Source: Coriobacteriia bacterium
Lineage (GTDB): Bacteria; Actinomycetota; Coriobacteriia; Anaerosomatales; JAAXUF01
Direction: 5' to 3'
DNA length: 64,000 nucleotides
Assembly: GCA_038245725.1 (NCBI GenBank)
Contig: JBBRSD010000001.1
Location: forward strand, 224,508 to 288,507
In this document: one piece after another, positions 1 to 8,950 of the stretch
Position numbering within the stretch: position 1 is the first letter of the stretch
Layout of the letters: each line of letters opens with the position of its first letter
Program-made: the position numbers and the translations under genes
The notes under the pieces: model-generated
What the model saw: only the letters and a program-made list of their open reading frames with translations
Told to the model about the DNA's origin: nothing
The model's database searches: none

Positions 1-396
1 CGCATGGGCGGCGACTGCCAGGCCGAGACGTTCTCGGGCGAAGGCGGCTTCAACGTCGCCGGGCTGCTGAACGCCGGCAACATCGACATCACCGTGCAGG
101 CGCCGTCAAGCGCGCGCGAAATCGGCGGGGAGCGCATCGTGGTCCGGCAGCCGTCCGGCAGCCTCGCGACCCTCACCGGGCTGCTCACGATCTGGGCCGA
201 GAAGCGCCTGACCGCCGAGACGATCGAGGGCGACGTCGTCTGGCTCGAGAACACGACCGCCAAGGTCGTTCGCGGCAAGAACGTCACCGTGGGCGCCGGC
301 TGCATCATCGACCTCGTCGAGTACGCCGAGAGCTACACGCCAACCGGTGCCGCGCAGGTCAAAGAGGCGCGCCAGGTGAGCGGGGCGGGCGCCTGA
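1..396 (+). CDS. C-terminal part of a hypothetical protein; the gene starts upstream of the window. Weak bactofilin-like beta-strand pattern.
   Basis: The frame is open from position 1 to TGA at 394-396, which overlaps the next ATG (396) by 1 nt. The G/V/I-rich periodic sequence carries no motif I can name securely. Confidence 0.4.
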   Translation, partial: RMGGDCQAETFSGEGGFNVAGLLNAGNIDITVQAPSSAREIGGERIVVRQPSGSLATLTGLLTIWAEKRLTAETIEGDVVWLENTTAKVVRGKNVTVGAGCIIDLVEYAESYTPTGAAQVKEARQVSGAGA

Positions 397-1163
397 TGGC
401 GTGGGACGCAAGCAACTACCTGCGTTTCGCCGACGAGCGCACACGACCCGCGGCCGATCTCGTCGCGCGAGTCGCGGTCGCCGAGCCCGCGCGCGTCATC
501 GACCTGGGCTGCGGCCCCGGCAACAGCACGCGCGTGCTGCGGGAGCGGTGGCCAGCGGCGCGCATCGCCGGTCTCGACACCTCGCCGGAGATGATTGGCG
601 TCGCCCGCGAGAGCAGCGCGGATACTGAGTGGTTGCTCGGCGACGCGGCGAGCTGGCGCTCGGTCGAGCCATTCGACGTCGTGTTCTCGAACGCTGCGCT
701 GCAGTGGATGCCGGATCACGCGGCCCTGGTGCGCCGGCTCTTCGATCAGGTCGCCGACGGTGGCGCTCTAGCGTTCCAGATCCCCAGCGACCGCTACGCC
801 CTTGTGCGGACCCTGATCGACGAGGTCGCCGACGATCCCGCGTGGCGAGAGCGGATGGAGGGGCCGCGCTCGTCGCTGACGATGCAGGCGCCGGCGTTCT
901 ACTACGACGCGCTCGTCGACCTGGCCACCCGCCTCGACATCTGGGAGACCGAGTACAGCCACGTGCTCGACGGCCCCGAGGCGATTGTCGAGTGGATCTC
1001 GAGTACGGGTCTGCGCCCGTTCCTCGATGCGCTCGACAGCGACGCGGAGCGCGAGCGCTTCTCGGCGATGCTGACCGAGCTCGTCGCCGACGGGTATCCT
1101 CGGAGAGTGGACGGGAAGGTGCTGTTCCCGTTCCGCAGGCTGTTCGTCATCGCTTATCGCTGA
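396..1163 (+). CDS. tam: trans-aconitate 2-methyltransferase (class I SAM methyltransferase)
   Basis: 255-aa ORF. N-terminus WDASNYLRFADERTRPAADL and SAM motif I VIDLGCGPGNST match my recollection of Tam proteins. Confidence 0.8.
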   Translation: MAWDASNYLRFADERTRPAADLVARVAVAEPARVIDLGCGPGNSTRVLRERWPAARIAGLDTSPEMIGVARESSADTEWLLGDAASWRSVEPFDVVFSNAALQWMPDHAALVRRLFDQVADGGALAFQIPSDRYALVRTLIDEVADDPAWRERMEGPRSSLTMQAPAFYYDALVDLATRLDIWETEYSHVLDGPEAIVEWISSTGLRPFLDALDSDAERERFSAMLTELVADGYPRRVDGKVLFPFRRLFVIAYR

Positions 1164-1205
1164 TCGGACGCTCGCCTCAGGCGGACGCAGGAAGGGGGCA
1201 CGCCG

Positions 1206-1703
1206 ATGAAAGCCGTCGTCGTGTATGAGTCGCTCTGGGGAAACACCGCCGCTATAGCGCGTGCGATCGCCGAAGGGATCGGCGGTGAGGCACGAGCGCT
1301 GTCGACCTCAGAGGCCACGCCCGACGCCGTCAAAGGCGCCGAGCTCATCGTGGCCGGCTCGCCGCTTCTCGGCTTCACTCTGCCCACTGAGACCATGCTC
1401 GAGGGGATTCGCACGAACCCGGGCACCGGACCCACGCCGCCGGACCTCTCGCAGCCGACCATGCGCACCTGGCTCGCCGGCCTCGCACCCGGCTCGGGTC
1501 GCGGCGCCGCGTTCGAGACGCGCATCTGGTGGTCTCCGGGCAGCGCAGCCAAGGCGATCGCGACGCGGCTCGCAAGCGCTGGCTACGCCTCTGCCGACAA
1601 GCCCGCCCGCTTCGTCGTGACCGGCAAGTACGGCCCGCTGAAGGATGGCGAGCTCGAGCGTGCCCGCGAGTGGGGCGCCCAGCTTGCGAGCGCGAGCGCG
1701 TGA
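1206..1703 (+). CDS. flavodoxin-family protein
   Basis: 165 aa. N-terminal MKAVVVYESLWGNTAAIARAIAEG is the typical flavodoxin FMN-binding beta1-loop-helix. Confidence 0.6.
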   Translation: MKAVVVYESLWGNTAAIARAIAEGIGGEARALSTSEATPDAVKGAELIVAGSPLLGFTLPTETMLEGIRTNPGTGPTPPDLSQPTMRTWLAGLAPGSGRGAAFETRIWWSPGSAAKAIATRLASAGYASADKPARFVVTGKYGPLKDGELERAREWGAQLASASA

Positions 1704-2299
1704 GGGTCGCACCGGGCACTCAGCCGAGCGGCGATGCGTTTGCGGACACCTGGATCGCGCTGCTGCGGGGCGTGAACGTCTCGGGTCAGCGGCGCGTGCC
1801 GATGGCCGAACTGCGCCGCGCACTCGAAGACGCGGGGCTAGGAGATGTCCGCACCTACCTGCAAAGCGGCAACGTGGTCTTCACCGCACACGATGGCGAA
1901 CCGCAGGCTCTTGCCGCGACGATCCGCGAGCGTATCGCCAGCGAGTTCGACCACGACGACGTCGCGGTGATCGTGCTGCGCGCCGCCGAGCTTGCGGCCA
2001 TCGGCGGTGCCAGCCCGTTCGCGCTCCCCGCCGACGCCGATCCGCGCACACTGCACGCGACGATCTTCGAGCGCGCTCCGGAGGCGGGCGAGTTCGCAGC
2101 ACTGGGGCTTCCGGTCCGAGAGGGCGAGCGGGCACAGCTTGTCGGCAGGGCCGTGTATCTGCTCCTGCCCCACGGTTACGGCACCACGAAGCTCTCGAAC
2201 GCCTACTTCGAGCGTGCGCTCGGCATGGCCGCGACGACGCGTAACTGGCGAACGGTGACCTCGCTCGTCGAGATGGCGGAAGGCGGAAGCGATGACTAG
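1700..2299 (+). CDS. DUF1697 family protein
   Basis: WIALLRGVNVSGQRRVPMAELRRALEDAGLGDVRTYLQSGNVVF is the DUF1697 signature. I place the start at GTG 1700, forming a GTGA overlap with the flavodoxin stop. The longer track ORF from 1529 runs through the flavodoxin gene. Confidence 0.7.
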   Translation: MRVAPGTQPSGDAFADTWIALLRGVNVSGQRRVPMAELRRALEDAGLGDVRTYLQSGNVVFTAHDGEPQALAATIRERIASEFDHDDVAVIVLRAAELAAIGGASPFALPADADPRTLHATIFERAPEAGEFAALGLPVREGERAQLVGRAVYLLLPHGYGTTKLSNAYFERALGMAATTRNWRTVTSLVEMAEGGSDD

Positions 2300-2780
2300 C
2301 GCACCCTGGTACCGAGGCGCGCGTGGCGAGTGGTACGTCGTCGTGCAGGCCGCCCTGTTCGCGCTCATCGCCGCGGGACCGCGCGCGCTCTCGGGTTGGC
2401 CCGCGTGGCCGCAGCCGTGGGCGCTCGTTGCGACGTGGGTCGGGTTCGCGATGATGCTTACCGGCGCGGCCGTTGCCGCCGGCGGCGTCTTCCGCCTCGG
2501 CCCGAACCTCTCGGTGCTGCCGTACCCTAAGGACTGCCTCGAACTCATCGAGACCGGCCCGTACGCGATCGTCCGCCACCCGATCTACAGCGGCCTGATC
2601 GTCGGCGCGCTGGGCTGGGGGCTCTACCTGCACGCCGACCTCACGCTGATCTGGGCGCTCTCGCTGTTCGTGCTGTTCGACGCGAAAGCTCGCCGAGAGG
2701 AGATCTGGCTCGCCGAGAAGTTCCCGGAGTACGCCGAGTACCGCACGCGTGTGAAGAAGCTCATCCCCTGGCTGTACTGA
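2292..2780 (+). CDS. isoprenylcysteine carboxyl / phospholipid methyltransferase family membrane protein
   Basis: 162 aa and polytopic. C-terminal IVRHPIYSGLIVGALGWGL resembles the ICMT/PEMT SAM-binding region. The ATG overlaps the upstream stop. Confidence 0.7.
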   Translation: MTSAPWYRGARGEWYVVVQAALFALIAAGPRALSGWPAWPQPWALVATWVGFAMMLTGAAVAAGGVFRLGPNLSVLPYPKDCLELIETGPYAIVRHPIYSGLIVGALGWGLYLHADLTLIWALSLFVLFDAKARREEIWLAEKFPEYAEYRTRVKKLIPWLY

Positions 2781-2850
2781 CCAGCGGGTGGGGCCGAGCA
2801 CCGCGGGGAATCAACAGGGTGACCATGCCGCTCGATTCCGAGGAGACCCG

Positions 2851-3267
2851 ATGGCTGCGAACGCACCAGGCTCAGGTACGAAAGAGGATCCCTGGGTCCT
2901 GAAGACGCCGCCGGGCACGTCCGAGTTCCTCATGTATCGCGACGAGTCCGCGGATCCGCCTGCGATCGTGTGCGTTGTGGGCAAGACCGTGCTCGGCTAT
3001 CAGCTGCGCGCGATCGAAGACCTGCACGCGATGCTCGAGCGGCACGGCGACTGGATGCCGCTTGGCGCTGCTGACGAGCAGAAGCCTGCGGCCGTGGGCA
3101 CGGTCGAGGCGTGGGCGCGCTCAGCCGACAATCCCGTGGGCGGCTGGTACGGGCTGAAGAAGGGGTTGCGCGGACGTTTCGGGATGTACATGCCTCCGCT
3201 GCTGGAAGTACTCGGACTGGCCGAACTCGAGCACAACCCGCGTAACAACCGGATGCGCGCGCTGTAG
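2851..3267 (+). CDS. hypothetical protein
   Basis: Coding-like composition. I prefer the ATG at 2851 (MAANAPGSG...) within track ORF 2788..3267. No motif recognised. Confidence 0.5.
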   Translation: MAANAPGSGTKEDPWVLKTPPGTSEFLMYRDESADPPAIVCVVGKTVLGYQLRAIEDLHAMLERHGDWMPLGAADEQKPAAVGTVEAWARSADNPVGGWYGLKKGLRGRFGMYMPPLLEVLGLAELEHNPRNNRMRAL

Positions 3268-3294
3268 CCGACCTGAGACTCGGCAGCACTAAGC

Positions 3295-3328
3295 GAGAGG
3301 GGCCGCCCGTCGCCGGGCGGCCCCTCTC
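3295..3328. terminator. bidirectional hairpin terminator between convergent genes
   Basis: Perfect 15-bp inverted repeat gagaggggccgcccg / cgggcggcccctctc with a 4-nt loop (tcgc). It lies between the stops at 3267 (+) and 3354 (-). Confidence 0.6.
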
Positions 3329-3353
3329 TTCGCAGACGCGTCCGGGCGCTCGG

Positions 3354-4211
3354 CTAGGGGGTGTCGGGGAGCTCAGAGCCAGCGTGCGGAGCCAGATGGG
3401 CGCCAGCGTGGCGTATCGCCTCGATCGGCTGCTCCTCCTCGGTGATGATGACGTCCTTCTTGGTGACCGACAGGTAGACGACCAGTGCGAGGATCGCGCC
3501 CAGGAAGATCGCGCTCGTTCCGGTCGTGCCCAGTCCCAGGCCGCCATCGGCACGGTCCGACGACAGGTAGTCCCCGATCGACGCGCCGAGAGGCCTCGTC
3601 AGGATGTAGGCCAGCCAGAACCCGAGAACAGCGTTCGTGGACTGGTGCCTATGCTGGACGGCAAGGGCGCCCTTCACGATGTAGTGGCCGGCGGTGACGA
3701 TCGCGATCGCGCCAGCGAACAGACCGAGCGCCGTCAGGTAGCCGAGGTCCCACTTCTCGGCGACGAGGTCGCCAGCAGCGGTGCCGAGCGCGAACGTGAA
3801 CAGGATCGTCAGCCAGTAGAATGCCTCACGACGGGTCGTGGTGATGGCGTGGACGGACAGCGACTTCTCGACGGCGTACCAGGCCGCGAAGGTGAGCGCG
3901 AGCAGCACGGCGAAGACGGACGTCGTGGTCACAAGGGAGATGCCGAGACCGTCGGTCAGGTTGTCGGTGATGAGAGTGCCGACGACGCTGATGAGTACGA
4001 CCGCCAGCCAGTAGATCGTCGGGACGTACTTCCTCGTCTTGAACTGGAAGAACAGCGTGACTACCAAGAGGACTCCGCACACGAGCGACGTTCCCGTCAG
4101 ACCGAAATTGAGCGTGCTGTTCAAGTAATCTGCTGCGGTTTCACCGACCGTCGTGCATAGGATCTTGATGATCCAGAAGTAGATCGTGATTTCTGGAACC
4201 TTATTCAACAT
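3354..4211 (-). CDS. COG4705-type uncharacterised polytopic membrane protein
   Basis: N-terminus MLNKVPEITIYFWIIKILCTTVGETAADYL matches my memory of the COG4705 family. Start placed at ATG 4211 within track ORF 3354..4334. Multiple TM helices. Confidence 0.6.
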   Translation of the reverse strand: MLNKVPEITIYFWIIKILCTTVGETAADYLNSTLNFGLTGTSLVCGVLLVVTLFFQFKTRKYVPTIYWLAVVLISVVGTLITDNLTDGLGISLVTTTSVFAVLLALTFAAWYAVEKSLSVHAITTTRREAFYWLTILFTFALGTAAGDLVAEKWDLGYLTALGLFAGAIAIVTAGHYIVKGALAVQHRHQSTNAVLGFWLAYILTRPLGASIGDYLSSDRADGGLGLGTTGTSAIFLGAILALVVYLSVTKKDVIITEEEQPIEAIRHAGAHLAPHAGSELPDTP

Positions 4212-4341
4212 CTTTCGAAGTTGCAGCGGATCGATTGGCAACGTTCGTCCTCCTGTTATCGGGGGGTTCGGGTTGTGGTACAACGCCTGTTTATCACGGT
4301 GCCGATGAGAAGAAGATGAGAGTTGCCGCGGCACGAAAAGA

Positions 4342-4369
4342 GTCGGGCCGCCCCGAAGGACGGCCCGAC
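4342..4369 (-). terminator. candidate intrinsic terminator downstream of the Rieske/cytochrome b operon
   Basis: 9-bp stem gtcgggccg / cggcccgac. On the minus strand it is followed by ctcttttc (a short T-run). It sits 24 nt after the cytochrome b stop. Confidence 0.45.
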
Positions 4370-4392
4370 CGATCGCTGCAATCAGCTGCTCA

Positions 4393-6009
4393 TTACGTTT
4401 GTCGTTTCCCGCCCATGAGCGCGACGCTACTCACAACACCCACAATCAGGAACCCGCCAAGTACCCACCAGAAGTACTTCCTCGGGTTGACGCCCGGATC
4501 GGCGATCGTCGCGCGCTGGACTCCGTTGATTTGCAAGATGTACGCCTCGACGTTCGCGATCTGCGGCTGCGTGAGCGCGTACGTGTTGCCGAACGATGGC
4601 ATCTTCAGCTTGGCGTTCGCGCCGTCAGTTGTCGCTAGCGGCACTGAGCCGTCCTGGAGGAAAGGATCGAGGCCGTCGATGAACTGCTGTACGTCCGAAA
4701 CATGGCCGTTCGCATCGGCGCCGCTGAGCTCCGGGTCGAGGGGAGTGACTGCGGGCACCGTGCCGTCGGCGGAGTCGGGGTTGTTGACCCCGCCCTTGCC
4801 GTCCTTTCCATGACACTGGACGCAATATGCGTTGAAGATCAGTTCTCCGTGATCCGCGCTGCCGATCATGTGTGACGCGGCGCTTGGGCCGGGCACCGGC
4901 CGCGTGGACTCGATCGCCGAGTCAGGCGTGGCCGCAGGCGGTCCGGCAGGCGCCGTCACGGGAGGAGGATTCCCGGTCGCACCCAGCCACGTGAGGGCTC
5001 CGATGCCGCCGAGAATGAGCGCGAACGCGATCATCGAGACCGGCCGCTTGAGCGGGCTGCGCTCCGGCTTCCGGTCGAGCCACGGGACGAGGACCAACAG
5101 CGCGATCCCAATTGCAGGGATTGCCACGAACCCGATCCACTCCAGCGGGCCGTTGAGATATTTGAGCAGCTGGAAGAGCCAGAGGAATGGCCAGTCCGGT
5201 CTCGCCACGTAGGTGGGGTCGATCGGATCGGCGGGACCGGCGACCGGCGTGAACTTCCATGCGCTGAGCCAGACGATGACCGTAAGCAGACCGCTGTAGA
5301 CCATGAGGTCCATGATCACCTGTTCTGGGAAGAACCGTCCGACCTTGTTGGAGGGCTTGATGGTGCCGGCCGCGCCGCTCTTGCGGAACGTGACCATGTG
5401 CAGCCCAAAGACCGCGAGAATGAGAAGCGGCGCGATCGCGATGTGGAGCGGGAACATCCGCGATAGTGTCAGCTGACCGGGGGTCGCTCCGCCGAAGACC
5501 TTGTCGCGCACAAGGCCGCCGATGCCGGGGATGCTTCCGGCCAGGCCAGCGCCGACGCGAGCAGCCCAGTAGCCCTTCTCGTCCCAAACCAAAGGCCCGC
5601 CCGTGAACACGGCGAGTAGCGTGAAGACGAACATCAGAACGCCCAGAATCCACGTGAGTTCGCGGGGCTTCTTAAACGCCCCCCAGATGAAGACCTGGGC
5701 GAGATGGAGGATGACGAGCACGATCATCGCGTTCGCAGCCCAGAAGTGGATGCCGTGTACGAGCCAGCCGAAGGGAACCTGGAAGCGGATGAAGTTTACG
5801 CTAGCGTACGCAGAGGCCGTGCTTGGGACGTAGTAGAAGAGCTCGAAGATGCCGGTCACAACGAGCGTGAAGAATGTGAGAATCGTAGCGCTACCGAGTA
5901 CGTAGGTGAACTTGGCGCCGCCGGGGATGTCCTCGTCGAGCAACGCGTGCATCGCGCTTCCACCGCCCAGCCGAGACTCCCACCAACCATTCTGCTTTGT
6001 CATCGTCAT
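4393..6009 (-). CDS. cytochrome bc-complex cytochrome b fused to a C-terminal monohaem cytochrome c domain
   Basis: 538 aa. The N-terminal 2/3 is polytopic cytochrome b-like (GIFELFYYVPS, WLVHGIHFWAANAMIVLVILHL, PLHIAIAPL). The C-terminal soluble domain carries a single CVQCH plus a downstream Met (KLKMPSFG). Confidence 0.85.
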   Translation of the reverse strand: MTMTKQNGWWESRLGGGSAMHALLDEDIPGGAKFTYVLGSATILTFFTLVVTGIFELFYYVPSTASAYASVNFIRFQVPFGWLVHGIHFWAANAMIVLVILHLAQVFIWGAFKKPRELTWILGVLMFVFTLLAVFTGGPLVWDEKGYWAARVGAGLAGSIPGIGGLVRDKVFGGATPGQLTLSRMFPLHIAIAPLLILAVFGLHMVTFRKSGAAGTIKPSNKVGRFFPEQVIMDLMVYSGLLTVIVWLSAWKFTPVAGPADPIDPTYVARPDWPFLWLFQLLKYLNGPLEWIGFVAIPAIGIALLVLVPWLDRKPERSPLKRPVSMIAFALILGGIGALTWLGATGNPPPVTAPAGPPAATPDSAIESTRPVPGPSAASHMIGSADHGELIFNAYCVQCHGKDGKGGVNNPDSADGTVPAVTPLDPELSGADANGHVSDVQQFIDGLDPFLQDGSVPLATTDGANAKLKMPSFGNTYALTQPQIANVEAYILQINGVQRATIADPGVNPRKYFWWVLGGFLIVGVVSSVALMGGKRQT

Positions 6010-6015
6010 CGCCCC

Positions 6016-6543
6016 CTATACCGGGGTCTTCTGGGAGACGCCAGGCTGGTATTGAACCCACTGCACGAACAGCGCACCGCTCTCGATCTTGGATGGCAGG
6101 ATATCGAGCCCGCGTGGCGTGGGACCGGTGACGCGAGCACCGTTCAAGGCGAAGATACTTCCGTGGCAGGGGCAGACGTATTCCTTCTTCTCGCGGTCGA
6201 AGAATACCTGGCACCCCAGATGTGGGCAGACAGGCGAGTAGACGACGATGTCGGTGTCCGAGTTCTTCATCGCGTACACGGAGTGTGGAACCTGCGCGAA
6301 GTTATAGGCATCCTGAGCGGTCTCCACGAAGCTGAGGCCGTAAGGCTCTCCGACGGGGATCGTGCTGACATCGGCGACCCTAACGAAGTCGCCCGGCTTG
6401 GCTTGTTCCACCGCCTTTGCTATCGATCCCACAAGTGGGATGCCCACGACCAGAGCAGCGAAAGCCGTCCCCAATCCGACGGCCCACCCGACGAAGCCAC
6501 GCCGCGTGACCTCCCCGGTTTCGTTCGGCCCGAACTCAGCCAT
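6016..6543 (-). CDS. Rieske 2Fe-2S subunit of a quinol:cytochrome c oxidoreductase
   Basis: 175 aa. Twin-arginine leader TRRGFVGWA and Rieske boxes CPHLGC and CPCHGS. It lies 6 nt upstream of cytochrome b on the same strand. Confidence 0.9.
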   Translation of the reverse strand: MAEFGPNETGEVTRRGFVGWAVGLGTAFAALVVGIPLVGSIAKAVEQAKPGDFVRVADVSTIPVGEPYGLSFVETAQDAYNFAQVPHSVYAMKNSDTDIVVYSPVCPHLGCQVFFDREKKEYVCPCHGSIFALNGARVTGPTPRGLDILPSKIESGALFVQWVQYQPGVSQKTPV

Positions 6544-6636
6544 GCGTCCTCCTCCTTCTTCGCTGACCGCTCGGCAAGACCGCGCGGACCAAAGCGAGTG
6601 GTAGTACTTGGCTGGTGTATACCCGAGTGACGGGAG

Positions 6637-7341
6637 CTAGAGTTCCGCGCGCCAACCTGCGGGAATGTGAGCGCTCGGGCAGATGTCCTCCAGGAAGCAC
6701 GCGCCGCATGCCGGCCGTTTCGCGGTGCAGATCTGGCGGCCGTGGGTGATGAGGTCGTAGTTGACCCGGTGCCAATGATCTCGTGGGAAAATCGTCATGA
6801 GGTCGCGTTCGACCTTGTCCTGGTCGTGCTCGGTGGTGAGGCCGAATCGGTGGGCGAGGCGAAAGACATGTGTGTCGACCGCGATTCCCTCGACGATGCC
6901 GAACGCCTCGCCGAGCACGATGTTCGCTGTCTTGCGAGCTACTCCCGGAAGCGTCGTCAGTTCCTCCATGGTTTGCGGCACCTCGCCGCCGAACTCGGCG
7001 ACGATGGAGCGCGCCGTCGCGATGATGTTCTTCGCCTTCTGGTGGTAGAACCCCAGCGTCCGGACGTACTCCTCGACCTCGAGCTGATCCGCCGCGGCGA
7101 GATCGGCGGGCGCGGGGTAGCGTTCGAAAAGCGCGGGTGTTGCCTTGTTCACGCCGACGTCGGTGGTCTGCGCGCTCAGGATGACGGCGATCAGGAGCTG
7201 GTAGGGATCGACGAAATGCAGCGCGGCGTGCGGATCGCCATAGTGCGCTTCGAGGCGCACGGTGTAGACGGTTGCGAGGCGCGAGCGCTCCTCGGCTGTT
7301 AGCTGAGGGACGGGCTCATCGGAGGCGCGGGCGGCGGTCAT
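6637..7341 (-). CDS. nth: endonuclease III
   Basis: 234 aa. HhH-GPD region (LIAVILSAQTTD, LPGVARKTANIVL) and C-terminal 4Fe-4S cluster loop CTAKRPACGACFLEDIC. Confidence 0.9.
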   Translation of the reverse strand: MTAARASDEPVPQLTAEERSRLATVYTVRLEAHYGDPHAALHFVDPYQLLIAVILSAQTTDVGVNKATPALFERYPAPADLAAADQLEVEEYVRTLGFYHQKAKNIIATARSIVAEFGGEVPQTMEELTTLPGVARKTANIVLGEAFGIVEGIAVDTHVFRLAHRFGLTTEHDQDKVERDLMTIFPRDHWHRVNYDLITHGRQICTAKRPACGACFLEDICPSAHIPAGWRAEL

Positions 7342-8827
7342 GGGCGGGCTCCTCGGCGGGTGGACGTTGCGAAGAAGATACCCGAGACGGGCCGGCGGCG
7401 GCGCGCGGTGTGAGCCAGTCCGGCCGCGCCAGTAGCAGCGCGCTCCACGCGATGAGGCACACCGATCCCGCGAGCACCGCGTTTGACGGTCCGATGAACT
7501 GGCCTAGCAATCCGAATGCAAGTCCGGAGATCGGCATGATCCCGATGAACGAGGTTACGAACAAGCCCATCACTCGCCCACGCAGGTGCGGGGGAGCTGA
7601 GGACTGGATCGATGTGTTGGCGAGCGAGTTCGTCGTCATGAGCGCGGCGCCCGCGAACGCCGAGACGACTATCGACAGCCACAGGGTGCGCGATAGCGAA
7701 AAGACCAGCAGCAGCGCTCCGAAGATGAGCAGCGAGACCGGAATGATGCGGTTGCGGCGCACCGTGCTCGGCAGGCTTGCGACGCTGAGCGCACCTATCA
7801 TCGCCCCGAGGCCGTTTGCGGCCATGATGAACGCGACTGCTTGCTTGTAGGCGCCGGTTCCTTCGGCGAGATGCAGTGTCTTGTCCACGATCGCCGGCAG
7901 CAGCGTCATGTACGGCAAGCCGAAGATCGTCATGATCGCGGTGCTTAGGATCAGCGTCCCCACGGCCCGGTTTTCGCGCGCGTACTGCAGGCCGCCGAGG
8001 AGCGTCTTGATAGCGCCTTCGCGTACGCGCTTCTCGGCGAAGGCGGCGGTTCGCGGCCGGATGACCGAGAGCGCGGCAATCACGAACAGGAAGCTCGCGG
8101 CGTTCACGTAGAAGATCTCGCCCATTCCAGCGCCCGCAATGACGAGTGCGCCTGCGATCAACGGGCCGATCAGCCGGGACGACTGGAACTGCGCCGAGTT
8201 CAGCGCGATGCCGTTGAGCAGCGACTCGCGGGGGACGAGATCGGGAAGCATCGCCTGCCACGCCGGGAACTGCACCGCGGCGAAGACGCCGGCCACGATG
8301 CCGAGCGCCGCGACCCAGATTAGCGCCGCGATCGCGTTGGCACCCCCCGAGAGCGTGCCGTGGTTGTAGAGCCAGCCCAGAGTCGCCGCCTGCACGAGCA
8401 GCACGACCTGAATCCAGATCAGGAGGCGGCGCCGGTCGACGCGATCGGCGAGCAACCCGCCGGGAATCGCAAGGAACAGCACTGGGATTCCCGCGATGAA
8501 GTTGATGAGGCCGAGGTCGAACACGGAGCGCCGGAACGAGAACACGACGATGCCGAGCGCGTAGTTCTGCATCCACGTGCCTACGTTGCTGACCAGTGCT
8601 CCAGACCAGAACCACGTGAAGTCGCGGTTGCGAAACGACTGGAACGTCCCGCCGTGACTCGCGATGGACTGAGGTGGCGCCTCCTCGTCGGCTTCGAGGG
8701 TCTCGACGCGATCCTCGGGCGCGGCGCTGCCGTCGGTTTCGGCGTCTCGTCGGGCTTCATCGGCCACGAAGTGGGTCCTTTCGGCGGGCGCGGGGCTAGG
8801 CGGTTGCCACGCTCCTATCATAGCCAT
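7316..8827 (-). CDS. MFS transporter (EntS/MFS_3-like)
   Basis: About 12 TM helices beginning FRNRDFTWFWSGALVSNVGTWMQ. Start placed at ATG 8827 (MAMIGAW). The track ORF extends to 9718 only as a shadow antisense to wecB. Confidence 0.75.
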   Translation of the reverse strand: MAMIGAWQPPSPAPAERTHFVADEARRDAETDGSAAPEDRVETLEADEEAPPQSIASHGGTFQSFRNRDFTWFWSGALVSNVGTWMQNYALGIVVFSFRRSVFDLGLINFIAGIPVLFLAIPGGLLADRVDRRRLLIWIQVVLLVQAATLGWLYNHGTLSGGANAIAALIWVAALGIVAGVFAAVQFPAWQAMLPDLVPRESLLNGIALNSAQFQSSRLIGPLIAGALVIAGAGMGEIFYVNAASFLFVIAALSVIRPRTAAFAEKRVREGAIKTLLGGLQYARENRAVGTLILSTAIMTIFGLPYMTLLPAIVDKTLHLAEGTGAYKQAVAFIMAANGLGAMIGALSVASLPSTVRRNRIIPVSLLIFGALLLVFSLSRTLWLSIVVSAFAGAALMTTNSLANTSIQSSAPPHLRGRVMGLFVTSFIGIMPISGLAFGLLGQFIGPSNAVLAGSVCLIAWSALLLARPDWLTPRAAAGPSRVSSSQRPPAEEPAHDRRPRLR

Positions 8828-8950
8828 GCGCCGCGACACCGAAGCGCTGAGCCCGCGTGGCTGTCTATGCCGAGAACCGCCGCCGCGATAGACTGACCGA
8901 CGAGCCGCAGGCGTAAGCGCCGCCGGCCGGAATCTCGAGCGAGGGGCGGG

